64,000 bases of DNA from a virus (Duplodnaviria; Caudoviricetes). The position numbers and the translations under genes were made by a program. Where the stretch lies: IMG/VR virus record IMGVR_UViG_3300026549_000029, positions 64,001-128,000 of that record; one strand, 5' to 3'. The stretch's first letter is position 1, and each line of letters starts with the position of its first letter. Below the pieces are notes generated by a model. The model searched no databases. It was given only the letters and a program-made list of their open reading frames with translations, and had not been told where the DNA came from. Positions 18,750-29,800 of the stretch are shown one piece after another.

Positions 18750-19010
18750 TTAGATACCATACCATATATTTAAAGCTTTATCTACAGTTATTTTATAATT
18801 GTTATTAATAATTTTAGAAGAAATTTTATTAATAAAATCATTAAATTTCTTTTGATCTATATTATGATTTCTTATAGCTCCTATCCAAAGAGAATTTCCA
18901 GCACTAATAGGATCTGTAAGAGATGAAGAAAAATCTAATGGAAGTTTATACTCAAGATTTAATACTTTAGCATATTCTAATATTATAGTATATTGCTTAT
19001 TATTTATCAT
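18750..19010 (-). CDS. hypothetical protein
   Basis: AGGAG RBS; first gene of a - strand operon. Confidence 0.7.
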   Translation of the reverse strand: MINNKQYTIILEYAKVLNLEYKLPLDFSSSLTDPISAGNSLWIGAIRNHNIDQKKFNDFINKISSKIINNNYKITVDKALNIWYGI

Positions 19011-19105
19011 AATGATTCTCCTATGAATTTTAGAGTCATTATATAAAAGTGAAAATAAAAAGAAAAAATAATAAGATATTATAAAAATGAAGAAAGGAGA
19101 ATAAT

Positions 19106-19621
19106 ATGGAAAAAATAAAAGTTAATAAAATAGAAGATCCATTAGATATTAAAGAGTTTATAGATAAATATAAAGAAGATATAAATAAAGGTAATATAAC
19201 ACAGGAGATAATAGATAATTCTATATCAACAATATTTGATATATATGATTGGATTTATAAAAAATATATTGATATTGTATATTTTATATATTTTGATATA
19301 CTATGTATATTATATTTTAATGATTATGGAAATTTAGATTTTTGGAAAATAATAGATATGCTTAAAAAAATATCTTATTTAGAAACAGATACTGATTTTA
19401 AAAATTATGATATAAATTATATATGTAATGAAGCATATAAATTAATATATGAACAGAATAAAGAATATATAAAAACAAATGTAAAACCAATAGAATTTCA
19501 GCCAGAAAAACTTTTTAATAAAGAATTTCATATAAATAATTTTAGAAAAGTATGTGTTCTTGGAACATATGATGATAAAATAATTAATTTTATAGATAAT
19601 GGTTATTGGAGGTATATCTGA
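19106..19621 (+). CDS. hypothetical protein, paralog of 20169-20672
   Basis: Shares N-terminus MEKIKVNKIEDPLDIK, CNEAY and a C-terminal WRY with the paralog. Confidence 0.8.
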   Translation: MEKIKVNKIEDPLDIKEFIDKYKEDINKGNITQEIIDNSISTIFDIYDWIYKKYIDIVYFIYFDILCILYFNDYGNLDFWKIIDMLKKISYLETDTDFKNYDINYICNEAYKLIYEQNKEYIKTNVKPIEFQPEKLFNKEFHINNFRKVCVLGTYDDKIINFIDNGYWRYI

Positions 19622-20055
19622 TGTTATATAATAAAAAATTAGAAATTCTTGATGAGAATACAACTAAAGACGCTGATAAATCAAAATCTTTTGCTATTAT
19701 ATTCTTTTGCCATTGTTTAAAATGGTATTATCAAAGATATAAGCAAGGTACATCTTGGATAGAAAGTATTATTACAAGTTCTAGAAATATTAAAACTATT
19801 TTATATAAAAATTATCCAAATAATAAAAATAATGCAACTTTTACTAAAGCAACAAATCTTCTACATGATGCATATTTAAAAGGTGTAGAAAATGCTATTA
19901 GAGAAACTGGAATATTAGATATTTCTAAAGATATAAATATTTGGAAAACTTTTTGTACTATTGAAAGTATATGTAATGAAGAATATATAAGAAAATGGTT
20001 AATTTTAAATGCATATTCTTCTGAAATTATTGATAAAATAAATAATAAAAAATAG
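19621..20055 (+). CDS. DUF29-like protein
   Basis: HCLKWYYQ...SWIESI...DAY...AIRETG pattern; likely start ATG19621 (TGATG overlap, GGAGG RBS). Confidence 0.7.
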   Translation: MLYNKKLEILDENTTKDADKSKSFAIIFFCHCLKWYYQRYKQGTSWIESIITSSRNIKTILYKNYPNNKNNATFTKATNLLHDAYLKGVENAIRETGILDISKDINIWKTFCTIESICNEEYIRKWLILNAYSSEIIDKINNKK

Positions 20056-20168
20056 TATTTAAAGCTAAAAGAGATAGAGATCTTCTCTATCTCTTTATTT
20101 TTATTTAATTTAAAATATAAAAGTAAAATCAAATAACTATTATAATTTTGAAAAGGAGATAATATAAT

Positions 20169-20672
20169 ATGGAAAAAATAAAAGTTAATAAAATAGAAGA
20201 TCCATTAGATATTAAAAAATTAGTTGATAAATATAAGAATGAATTAGAAAAAGGAGAAGTTAATAAAGAAATAATTGATAATTTAGTATCAACTATTCTT
20301 GATCAAGAATATTTTAATCATGATAGATATGTAAGATGTATATATGAAATTTATGATACAGTATATACAATATTAAATAATGGTGATTATACTATAATTG
20401 GATATTTAATAAGAAATATAATATATCTTAAAAATGATGATAATTTAGAAACATATAATTTGGATATATTATGTAATGAAGCATATGATTTATTAAAGAA
20501 AAATTATTCTATATATAATATATTTATTTTAGAAAAACTGCCAGATGAATTTAAAAAAGAACACATATTAGATCTTAAATATTATATGGATTTATTTAAT
20601 GAAAGATGTTTAAAAAAGAAGCCTGAACTTATTGAAATTATTAATAAAGAAATATGGAGATATTTATTATGA
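20169..20672 (+). CDS. hypothetical protein, paralog of 19106-19621
   Basis: Near-identical first ~48 nt of coding sequence; own promoter motif at 20138. Confidence 0.8.
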   Translation: MEKIKVNKIEDPLDIKKLVDKYKNELEKGEVNKEIIDNLVSTILDQEYFNHDRYVRCIYEIYDTVYTILNNGDYTIIGYLIRNIIYLKNDDNLETYNLDILCNEAYDLLKKNYSIYNIFILEKLPDEFKKEHILDLKYYMDLFNERCLKKKPELIEIINKEIWRYLL

Positions 20673-21093
20673 TTTATAATATTGATAAAGAATTTATAGG
20701 ATATATTGATTTTAGTAATGCATTAACTGAAGAAAGTATAGATAAAAAAAGATCCTGATTTTGGATTTGGCACATGTGAAGTATTTATATGGAAAAGAGA
20801 AGGAGCAAATATTCCTCATATTCATATAAAGAATAAAAATGTTGATACATGTGTCTGCATCTATAAACCTTATTATTTTTCTTCATGGTCAATCTCATAT
20901 TAATATTATGAATAATGACCAATGCAAAGAATTTAATAATTGGATGAAAATGCAAAATAAAAGATCAAGATATAAAGGGTTTACTAATTGGGAAGTTGCA
21001 TGTATATTATGGAAAAATGCATTTCCTAATCCTATAGAAGAAGTAAATGTACAACCAGATTATACAAAATTAAATAAAAATGGAGCTATATAA
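20669..21093 (+). pseudogene. Gene with two +1 homopolymer frameshifts, paralog of 21093-21506
   Basis: Removing one A from A7 (20744-50) and one T from T5 (20876-80) gives a continuous MIYNIDKEF...EGANIPHIHI...PYYFLHG...TNWE...QPDYTKL. Confidence 0.7.
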
Positions 21094-21506
21094 TGATAGA
21101 TAATAATACAGATATGTTAAAATATGGATATATTAATAAAGATGGTATATATATCCATACATCTTTTAATAAAAATATTCCTGGTATAGCTCATGCTATA
21201 TATGGAGTGAATATTACAAAACTTGGTAATTGTAATATTGGTATAATTGATACTGATAAAGATATTCCAAGATTTCATATTTTTACAGAAAATAATGATG
21301 ACATTATTATTAGATTAGATATTGCTAATTATTATTCTAAAAAATATAATCTAAATGCTGAACAGAAAAATGATATAAATAATATAATGAATATGGACTC
21401 TATATTTAAAGATTTATCTGTTTATAGTGATTTATGTAGTCTTTGGAATGATTATAATGATATAGAAATTGCATTTACACAACCAGATTATATGAAATTA
21501 GAATAA
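21093..21506 (+). CDS. hypothetical protein (IPxFH...QPDY family)
   Basis: IPRFHI and C-terminal QPDYMKL shared with the upstream disrupted gene. Confidence 0.75.
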   Translation: MIDNNTDMLKYGYINKDGIYIHTSFNKNIPGIAHAIYGVNITKLGNCNIGIIDTDKDIPRFHIFTENNDDIIIRLDIANYYSKKYNLNAEQKNDINNIMNMDSIFKDLSVYSDLCSLWNDYNDIEIAFTQPDYMKLE

Positions 21507-21563
21507 TTAAATCTGATTATTATGATATGAAAACTTTTAAAGATAAATAATAAAGGAATAAAA

Positions 21564-22377
21564 ATGAATATATTAGATCTTATAAAAAGTAAAGACATTA
21601 AAGATTTTTATAAAAAAAATAAATTTTAGATTTACTACAGCACAAAAATTATCTATTTTATATAATAATTTATCTTTATTATCAGATATTAAAAGATATA
21701 AGGAAGTATTATATGATACTCTATTAACTGATGATTTAGATGGTATTAAAATATATGATACATATTTAAATAATATTCAAAATGCAATAGATTCTTTTAA
21801 AATATTAAAAGAAAATGAACTTTTTAAATTTACTGCATATAAATGTAGAGATATTATTGATGAAGAAAAGTATTCTAGTTCATATGATGAATTATATAAA
21901 TATGGATTATCATTATCATATGAAACAAAATTCTATATAGAAAAAATAAGTACTATTTTATATAGAAAAAGTGGTTATTATGATGACTATTATATAGCTT
22001 TTAATGAATATGGAGATATTGATATAAAGTCATCTTTCTTAATTTATGATACTCCAAAAGAATTAATGAAAGAATATAAGTATTATATCATACCATTTTC
22101 TAATGGAGATATTGTAAAAGTTATAAATACTAATGAAATTGGAATTATAAATACAGATATTGATAAATTTTATAGTGAAGATAATAATGATTTTGTTCTT
22201 TTAATAGAATTTTATGATAAAAAGAATAAGACTTTTTATCATGATCATATATCTCCATTTAATATTGAATTTTATCATGGAGAAATTTCAGAATTATATA
22301 AATATATGCAAGTTATTATTAAAGAGAATGAAAGAATTAATTTTAGTTCATTATCATATTTTATGAATAATGCATAA
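21564..22377 (+). pseudogene. Gene with a +1 frameshift in an A8 run
   Basis: AAGGA RBS and ATG21564. Deleting one A at 21612-21619 opens a ~270-codon frame that runs into track ORF 22066-22377. Confidence 0.75.
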
Positions 22378-22418
22378 CAAATTAAAAAGAGACAGAGATT
22401 TCTCTGTCTCTTTATTTT

Positions 22419-23612
22419 TTATTTATTAGCTCTATTTATAGTAATAGCAATATAACTTAATAATCCTTTATAATAATTATTCTTAGTAGCTTGTGTCTTA
22501 ATACTTCTATATCTAGCACTATTATTTAACCAAGTTAAGATAATATTCTTTAATTGTAAAATATCTTTATCTTTAGTATTAGGCTTCATACTAATACTAT
22601 GTGCAATAAATTTAGCTCCAGTAATTTCTTTTTCTTCTGGATATCTTCTAATAAAGTCTGCTAATAAAATAATAATTACAGTTCTTAAATCACTTATAGA
22701 ATCATTATCATTGAGAATATTTTCAAATATAGCTTTTAATTCATAAGGATCTACACCACTACCAGCACAACTATAACAAATAGAAATATTTATCTGCGTT
22801 GTAGTAAAATAGATCATAGTATTTTCAGCAATATTGCTAATTATAGTAGAATTATTATGAGCTATTCTATATTTATCTTCTTCATAATTATCACTTTCAG
22901 CATTTAAATATAATTTCTTCTCATAAGCTTCATAATATAATTTAGCAATATTTCTTAAGAAAGCATATATTCTATTATGTAATTGATGAATTAAATAAAC
23001 AACTCTTTCATCAGTAATTTCAGAGCATAATTCTTCACTATAGCTATTAATCCATGTAACAGTTAATTCTTTTACAGCTCCCCAAACTGATCCTGTTCTT
23101 GCTAAATCAAATTTTTGAGAGAGCATATAGTTTACTACATAATCCATTACTTCTCTTTTAGGAGTATAATGCCTAAACCAAGTAGCATGACAAGATGCAT
23201 AAAATTTACCAGAGAAAGATAAATACATATAAACTAATTCAGTTATAGATTTATCATTTTGTTTATTTTTTAATAAATATCTTAATAGCATTATACAAGT
23301 TAAAGAAAATTCATCTTTACAAGCCTGTAATTCTTCTTTATTATAATAATAAAGATTTTTCATTATATTAGTAATATCATTCTGCTTTACATCTATAGCT
23401 TTAAAGAAGTCATTTACATCTTGTTTTCTAAAATAAATTCTATCTATAGGAGCATAATCATATAATTCTTTGTGCCTAGTCTGAATAAATTTTTGAATAC
23501 AAGATTTCACATTATTTATTTTTCCGGCTTTTGCTTGTTTTTCTATAATAGGATAGATTTCATCTATCATAATTGAATCTTGAATTATATATTTCTTAGG
23601 TGTTTTTGGCAT
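22419..23612 (-). CDS. hypothetical protein (late class)
   Basis: 397-aa ORF, AAGGAG RBS, AACT-N6-TA upstream on the - strand. Confidence 0.85.
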   Translation of the reverse strand: MPKTPKKYIIQDSIMIDEIYPIIEKQAKAGKINNVKSCIQKFIQTRHKELYDYAPIDRIYFRKQDVNDFFKAIDVKQNDITNIMKNLYYYNKEELQACKDEFSLTCIMLLRYLLKNKQNDKSITELVYMYLSFSGKFYASCHATWFRHYTPKREVMDYVVNYMLSQKFDLARTGSVWGAVKELTVTWINSYSEELCSEITDERVVYLIHQLHNRIYAFLRNIAKLYYEAYEKKLYLNAESDNYEEDKYRIAHNNSTIISNIAENTMIYFTTTQINISICYSCAGSGVDPYELKAIFENILNDNDSISDLRTVIIILLADFIRRYPEEKEITGAKFIAHSISMKPNTKDKDILQLKNIILTWLNNSARYRSIKTQATKNNYYKGLLSYIAITINRANK

Positions 23613-23668
23613 ACTTGGATAAACTCCTTATATATTATAAATAAGTTTTTCTTAAAACATTTGAATAA

Positions 23669-23838
23669 AGGTCAAGGAGAAATTCTATTTCGGGGAATTA
23701 TGTGACCTCTTGTTTATATAATCAAATTACTAACATAAACCTCCAAATATAAGATATTTATGATTCAGATACCTTCTTACACTTTCTTGACTTCTTTGAC
23801 ACGGTGGATAATAATAGATTTAGATTTCTCCTTGACTT
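23669..23838 (+). ncRNA. Candidate ~170-nt structured RNA or leader
   Basis: The 5' end GGUCAAGGAGAAAU..UCUAUU pairs with the 3' end AAUAGA..AUUUCUCCUUGACU; begins right after AACA-N6-TA (23656-67). Confidence 0.5.
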
Positions 23839-23879
23839 GAAAAGAAGGTATTTATTATTAGAAAATATAAGGTATTAAT

Positions 23880-24296
23880 ATGAATATTTATTATAAAGAT
23901 AAAGTTGAAGAATATAATAATGAAGATTGTTTTTTATTATATTTTCCTAAGGGAGGAATGTTTATAAATACTCCTAAGGAAACTATAAAAATCTTTGAAA
24001 ATAATTTTTATGATAATTCTATTGATAAAATAGAAATTGATACTTATGCTAGAACCAGAGAATTTGAAACAGTTGTTAAATTTAGGAGACCAAAACACTT
24101 GTTTAATGATAGAATAATTGAATGGTTTAATGATTTTGATAAAAATGAAAAGATGATTAATAAATTGAAAAATCGTTTAAATAATGCAGCATTATCTATA
24201 TATAAAACAGGAGTATTACATATTCCCCAAGATATAGCTAGTAGGTCTATAGTACAAGAAATATTTGGTTTTATATCAAAAATTAATAGAGAATAG
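23880..24296 (+). CDS. hypothetical protein
   Basis: AAGG RBS; followed by terminator 24298-24329. Confidence 0.7.
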   Translation: MNIYYKDKVEEYNNEDCFLLYFPKGGMFINTPKETIKIFENNFYDNSIDKIEIDTYARTREFETVVKFRRPKHLFNDRIIEWFNDFDKNEKMINKLKNRLNNAALSIYKTGVLHIPQDIASRSIVQEIFGFISKINRE

Positions 24297-24334
24297 AATC
24301 CCAAGAGAGTTTATTACTCTCTTGGGAATTTTTA

Positions 24335-25357
24335 TTATTTGTTATCTTCCATAGAATTCTTATATTCAATGATAGCTCCAGTATTATCAGTCTGAATAAG
24401 AAAAGTTCCTACAAACATATATCCACTGGAATCAAAGAAATATCTTTTTCCACCAATATTAACAATCTTATCTACATAGTACTTATATCCTTCAAGTAAG
24501 TACCACCATCTATTATTAGACTTCTCAAGAATCCACCCAGTAAAGTAGGATGCAGAAGCCCAGCCTTTCTTCTCTTCAATATAATACCAAGCTTTTCCAT
24601 CTACAAAAGTCTTCTTACTAGGAGTAACTTTCTCACCTTTCTTAATAGAATCAATAACAGCACCAGTAGAAGGATAATCTCTTACATTGAGCACTTCAGT
24701 AGTACAAGTGATCTTATTAGTATCGGTACCAATATCAGAAGACTGGATTGTAGGACCATTTGCTCCACCAGTAGTAATTCCATTACCTTCATAATCAGGT
24801 CTACCAAATGCTACTTTTCTTTGACCAAGGGTATAATGTTTATAGCAAGTAGCTCCACCATTTCTAATAACAACATCATTACCAGAAGATGTATTAGCTT
24901 CCCAAGTAGTATAGCCTTTACCATTACTATCAACTGCTGTTACAATACCAGTGTGAGAATATCTTCCCATACTATCACTATAGAAAAATACAACATCAAA
25001 AGGTTTAGGAGTGGTATAAATTCTACCTTTACTCTTAAACTGAGAATAGCCAGTAGGACAATATACATAGAGATCTCCACAAAGAAGTTTCTTAGCTTTT
25101 GCAAGACCAAAAGCATTAACAAACATTGTAGAAACTCCACATGCACAATATGCACTACCCTGCATATTTCCATAACCAAGTTCTTTATACCACTGCCAAT
25201 AAACAGTATAATTTGCACTACCTGCATTAACTACTTTACCGGCTGCAGTAAAATCACCTAAATTAGATCCATTGGCTTTCTCAAGATAACCATCTGCTGT
25301 TTTAAGAAAAGCAGCAAATTCTTTTAAAGTAGTATAATTGTACTGAGGCCTAATCAT
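24335..25357 (-). CDS. Endolysin/cell-wall hydrolase: CHAP + SH3b + cell-wall-binding repeat
   Basis: AYCACGVS (Cys), SHTGIV (His), EANTS; LNVRDYPS...GW; RWWY...RYFFDSSGYM. Confidence 0.85.
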   Translation of the reverse strand: MIRPQYNYTTLKEFAAFLKTADGYLEKANGSNLGDFTAAGKVVNAGSANYTVYWQWYKELGYGNMQGSAYCACGVSTMFVNAFGLAKAKKLLCGDLYVYCPTGYSQFKSKGRIYTTPKPFDVVFFYSDSMGRYSHTGIVTAVDSNGKGYTTWEANTSSGNDVVIRNGGATCYKHYTLGQRKVAFGRPDYEGNGITTGGANGPTIQSSDIGTDTNKITCTTEVLNVRDYPSTGAVIDSIKKGEKVTPSKKTFVDGKAWYYIEEKKGWASASYFTGWILEKSNNRWWYLLEGYKYYVDKIVNIGGKRYFFDSSGYMFVGTFLIQTDNTGAIIEYKNSMEDNK

Positions 25358-25380
25358 AATTTATTTCCTCCTATAAAAAA

Positions 25381-26748
25381 TTATTCTCCTTCTTCCTCTT
25401 CAGGATCATTATCTACATCATGACTATCACCAAATTGTCTTGCAGCAAATAATTCAGTAATAGTGATCTTACCACTAGAAATTCCACTAATGGTAAAACT
25501 ATGAGCATTAGTACCTGATTCAAGAAAAGCTCTAATAGTTACATTACCAAAGGTATAAGTATAATCAAGCGTATCAATATTATCCCAATCTATCATTATA
25601 ATAGTATCAAGATCCATTGTATTATTAATCTGATCAATAAGATCAGTAAATACAATATGATATACATCTAAAGAAGCATTATCATGCCAGTTATCTACAT
25701 TAAGATGAACAGTATAAGAATTATTAGTAACAGGCATTTCATAATTAGAAAGTAAATTATCTTGGCTATCTGTAACAGGAGCATTTACTCTCTTATAGTT
25801 GAGTGCATTAATACCAGTTACAATAATATCTCCGGTCATATATTTACCAGTAGTATGAATAGTCTGAGGAGAAAATGCTGAAGCTACTGTTTGAGTTCCT
25901 AAAGTTTCTATATTCTGTGTTACAACTCCATTACCAGAGTGATAGCCCTTAGGAATAGTATATGATCCATTAACAGGAAGAATTTCTGTAGAAGAAGTAA
26001 TCTTAGTGATATTACCAGTAATCTTAGTACCATTTACCCAAGCAGTCTTACCATCTACTATATCTGCAGCTGTAGCTGTACCAGAAGTTTGAGATGATAA
26101 TGTATTGGCAGTTACAACTCCAGTACCATCATGATATCCTGCAGGAATAGTATAGGCTCCACCTGCCTGAAGAACTTGTGATACAGACCCAATATTAGGC
26201 ATAGTACCAGTAATAGAAGATCCATTTACCCAAGCAATCTTACCAATTAAAATTTCTCCTGTGGTTGCATCTCCAGGAGTTTGATCAGATAAAGATCTAG
26301 CAGTTATAACTCCAGTACCATCATGATATCCAGCAGATATAGTATGAGTTTCTCCACAGTTAAGGGTAGTAGATTCTGTACCTATGTTAGGCATAGTACC
26401 GGTAATTTTAGTACCATTTACCCAAGCAACTTTATTTTTTAAAATTTCTTCTGCAGTTGCATCTCCAGGAGTTTGTCCAGATAATCCTGCTGCACTTACA
26501 GTATATCCTTCTGGAATTTTTCCATAAGGAACAGCATGAGATTCTCCACAAAGTAATGTAATATCACTTGTATATTCAGCAACAGGCATTATTCCTGTCT
26601 CTAATTGAGAAGTAGTTCCAATAAAAACTTTCCCAGATACAACATCAATAGGAGATGCTGTAATTAAATTTTTATCTGATATAACAACATCAACTATTTT
26701 AATAGAATCTGTAAATGGCATAATATTCCTCCTATAGAATAGCCACAA
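25381..26748 (-). CDS. Tail-fibre-like repeat protein
   Basis: ~65-aa repeats GDATA..IL..K.AWVNG..ITGTMPN...YTIPAGYHDG; probable start ATG26721 after AGGAGG. Confidence 0.75.
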   Translation of the reverse strand: MWLFYRRNIMPFTDSIKIVDVVISDKNLITASPIDVVSGKVFIGTTSQLETGIMPVAEYTSDITLLCGESHAVPYGKIPEGYTVSAAGLSGQTPGDATAEEILKNKVAWVNGTKITGTMPNIGTESTTLNCGETHTISAGYHDGTGVITARSLSDQTPGDATTGEILIGKIAWVNGSSITGTMPNIGSVSQVLQAGGAYTIPAGYHDGTGVVTANTLSSQTSGTATAADIVDGKTAWVNGTKITGNITKITSSTEILPVNGSYTIPKGYHSGNGVVTQNIETLGTQTVASAFSPQTIHTTGKYMTGDIIVTGINALNYKRVNAPVTDSQDNLLSNYEMPVTNNSYTVHLNVDNWHDNASLDVYHIVFTDLIDQINNTMDLDTIIMIDWDNIDTLDYTYTFGNVTIRAFLESGTNAHSFTISGISSGKITITELFAARQFGDSHDVDNDPEEEEGE

Positions 26749-26823
26749 TATTACTATGGAGTTGAATCTTGCCTCTTGAGCACATTATATTAATATTTTG
26801 CTTTAAAAAGGAGCTAATCCCAT

Positions 26824-29800
26824 ATGGCCAAAGAGATTTTATCCTATGAAAATGACATAGCAAATAGATCTACTGAGGTTGATAGAAATAGTTCTATTGC
26901 TACGGAATATAATGTATTATCGGGTCATATATTTCAGGATGCTATAACTAGAGAACCATTGGTTGGTACTATGCCTGATAATGGTTATATACATGAAACA
27001 CTAGAACCTAGTACAAATGAAGAATTATCTTATTATGTAATTCCAGAAGGTTATCATAATGGTTCTGGAATGATAATAGCACCAAAAATATCAGATTATA
27101 CTTTTGGTACTGCTACTGAAGAAGATATTGCTTATGGTAAAACTGCTTGGGTTAATGGTGAAAAAATAGTTGGTACTTTAGATGTAAGATCTAATGCTCA
27201 AGAAGGTAATGCTACTAGTGAAGATTTGTTATCAAGCAAAGTAGCATGGGTTAATGGAGAAAGAATTGTAGGTAATATTCCTTATCTATATAGAGTAGAT
27301 AAGACTTTATTACCTGGAGAATCTTATATTATTCCATATGGTTTTTCTTCTGGTGATTCTATAGTAACAGCTGCTGATTTATCTACACAAACTACTGGTG
27401 ATGCTACTGCAGAAGATATTGCTTATGGTAAAACTGTATGGGTTAATGGAGAAAAAATAGTTGGTACTTATAGAACAGATGAAGCTATAAGAGAATGGTT
27501 ATCTGAAGCTACTGTAGAAAGAGAAAATGTATTAGAAGGAGCTAAATTCTATTCTACTTTATATAATTCTGTAGTAGAAGGTACTATGATTGATCATTCC
27601 GGTGAGGAATCTAGAGTATTATCAAACGGTGAAGTATTTTATATTCCTGCTGGATATTATAATGGCTTAACTTCTATTGAGGTTGTAAAAATAGGCAATG
27701 TAACTGTAGCTAATATGGAAGCAGATGATTTGATTGCTGGTAAAACAGCTTGGGCCAATGGTGTTAAAGTTACTGGTACTATGCCTAAAATTGAAAATAT
27801 AAATGCTATAGTGGCATGTGATGAAGTATATACTATTCCTATGGGTTTTCACTCTGGAGAAGGTAAAGTTACTGGTAAAAATCTTGCATCTCAAACTCAA
27901 GGTACTGCTATTGATAGCGATATTTATAGTGGTAAAACTGCTTGGATTAATGGTGTTAAAGTTACTGGTACTATGACTGTAAATCCACATATTGAAAAGA
28001 AACTTGAACCTGGTGAACAGTATATGATTCCTATGGGATTCCATACAGGAACAGATTTTATTTATACAGATAGCATAGCAGATCAGACTCAAGGAACTGC
28101 TACTGCTACTAGTATGCTTGAAGGTACTACTGCATGGGTTAATGGAATAGAGATAGTAGGTACTATTCCTGTAATCTCTAATCAAGATATTAGTCTTGAT
28201 GGCGGTGAATCTTACACTATTCCTGCTGGTTATTATGATGGAACATCTATAATTACTGCTACTACAGTATCAGATCAAACTCCTGGTACAGCTACAGCTG
28301 AAGATATAGTAAGTGGTAAGACTGCTTGGGTTAATGGAGTTAAAATTACCGGTAATATTGAATTGACTGGTGATGCAATCTCTGTGCAAGTATTAAAAGG
28401 AAAAACTTTTTATAATACAAATGTACACCAACAGATTACTGGTGAATTAGAATTAACTGGTAATGCTACTGCTGATAAAGTATTAAAAGGACTTAAGTTC
28501 TATTCTGATGATCCATTTACTCAATTAGAAGGTACATTAGAATTAACTGGTGATGCAAGAACTGCTCATGTTTTAGCAGGAGAGACTTTCTATACTACCC
28601 ATTATGATTTTAAAGAAACCGGTACTATGATAAACAGAGGAGCTATTGTAAAAGGTTTAACCTCTGGAGAAGTATATACTATTCCTGCTGGATATCATAA
28701 TGGTAATGGTAAAGTTACAGCCCCTTCTATTGAATCTGTAACAGAAGGTACTGCAGTTGCTAGTGATATTATTAAAACTAAAACTGCTTGGGTTGATGGA
28801 CAAAAACTTACTGGTACATTAGAATTAACTGGTAATGCAGCTGCAGAAAATGTATTAATAGGAAAAACTTTCTATTCTACTAATCCTAAAACTAAACTTA
28901 CTGGTACTATGCCAAATATTACAGATACTGATACTGAACTTCAAGCTGCTGGGACTTATGTTATTGAAGTTGGTTATCATAATACTCAAGTTACTATATC
29001 TGCTGCAGATCTTACAGATCAAACTTCTGGCACTGCTACCGCAGCTGATATGCTTGAAGGCACTACTGCATGGGTTAATGGTCAAGAGGTTATAGGTACT
29101 ATTCCTGTAATAGAATCTTTTAGACCTACTATTAGTGCAGGAGATTCTTATACTATTCCTGTTGGATATCATGATGGAAATAGTATAGTATATTCAGAAT
29201 CATTATCTTCACAAACTCATGGAACTGCTATTGATAGTGATATTTTAATTAATAGAACAGCTTGGGTTAATGGTGAACAAGTTACCGGTACTATGCCCGA
29301 TAGAGGAACAGAATCTGTAACTCTTAACTGTGGAGAAACTTATAATATTCTTCAAGGATATCATAGTGGTTCTGGAATTATTTCTGCTAATACATTAGAT
29401 ATACAAACTCCTGGTACTGCTACTGCTGCTAATATATTTGAAAATGAGACTGCTTGGGTTAATGGTGTACAGATTATAGGTACAGTTCCTGTATCTAGTG
29501 AGAATGGAACTACTCTTTATGCCGGAGAAAGTGTATCATATTCTGCTGCATATTATGAGAATGGATTATCTATAATAGCTGTAGATCTTGCTACACAAAC
29601 TCCTGGTAATGCAACAGCTTCTCATATTCTTAGTACTAAGACTGCTTGGGTTAATGGCCAAGAAGTTAATGGTTCTATGACTAATATAGGATCAGAATCT
29701 GATACTCTTAACTGTGGTGGAACTCATATTATTTCTGCTGGATATCATGATGGTACTGGAGTAATTACTGCAGCTAGTTTATCTTCACAGACACAAGCTA

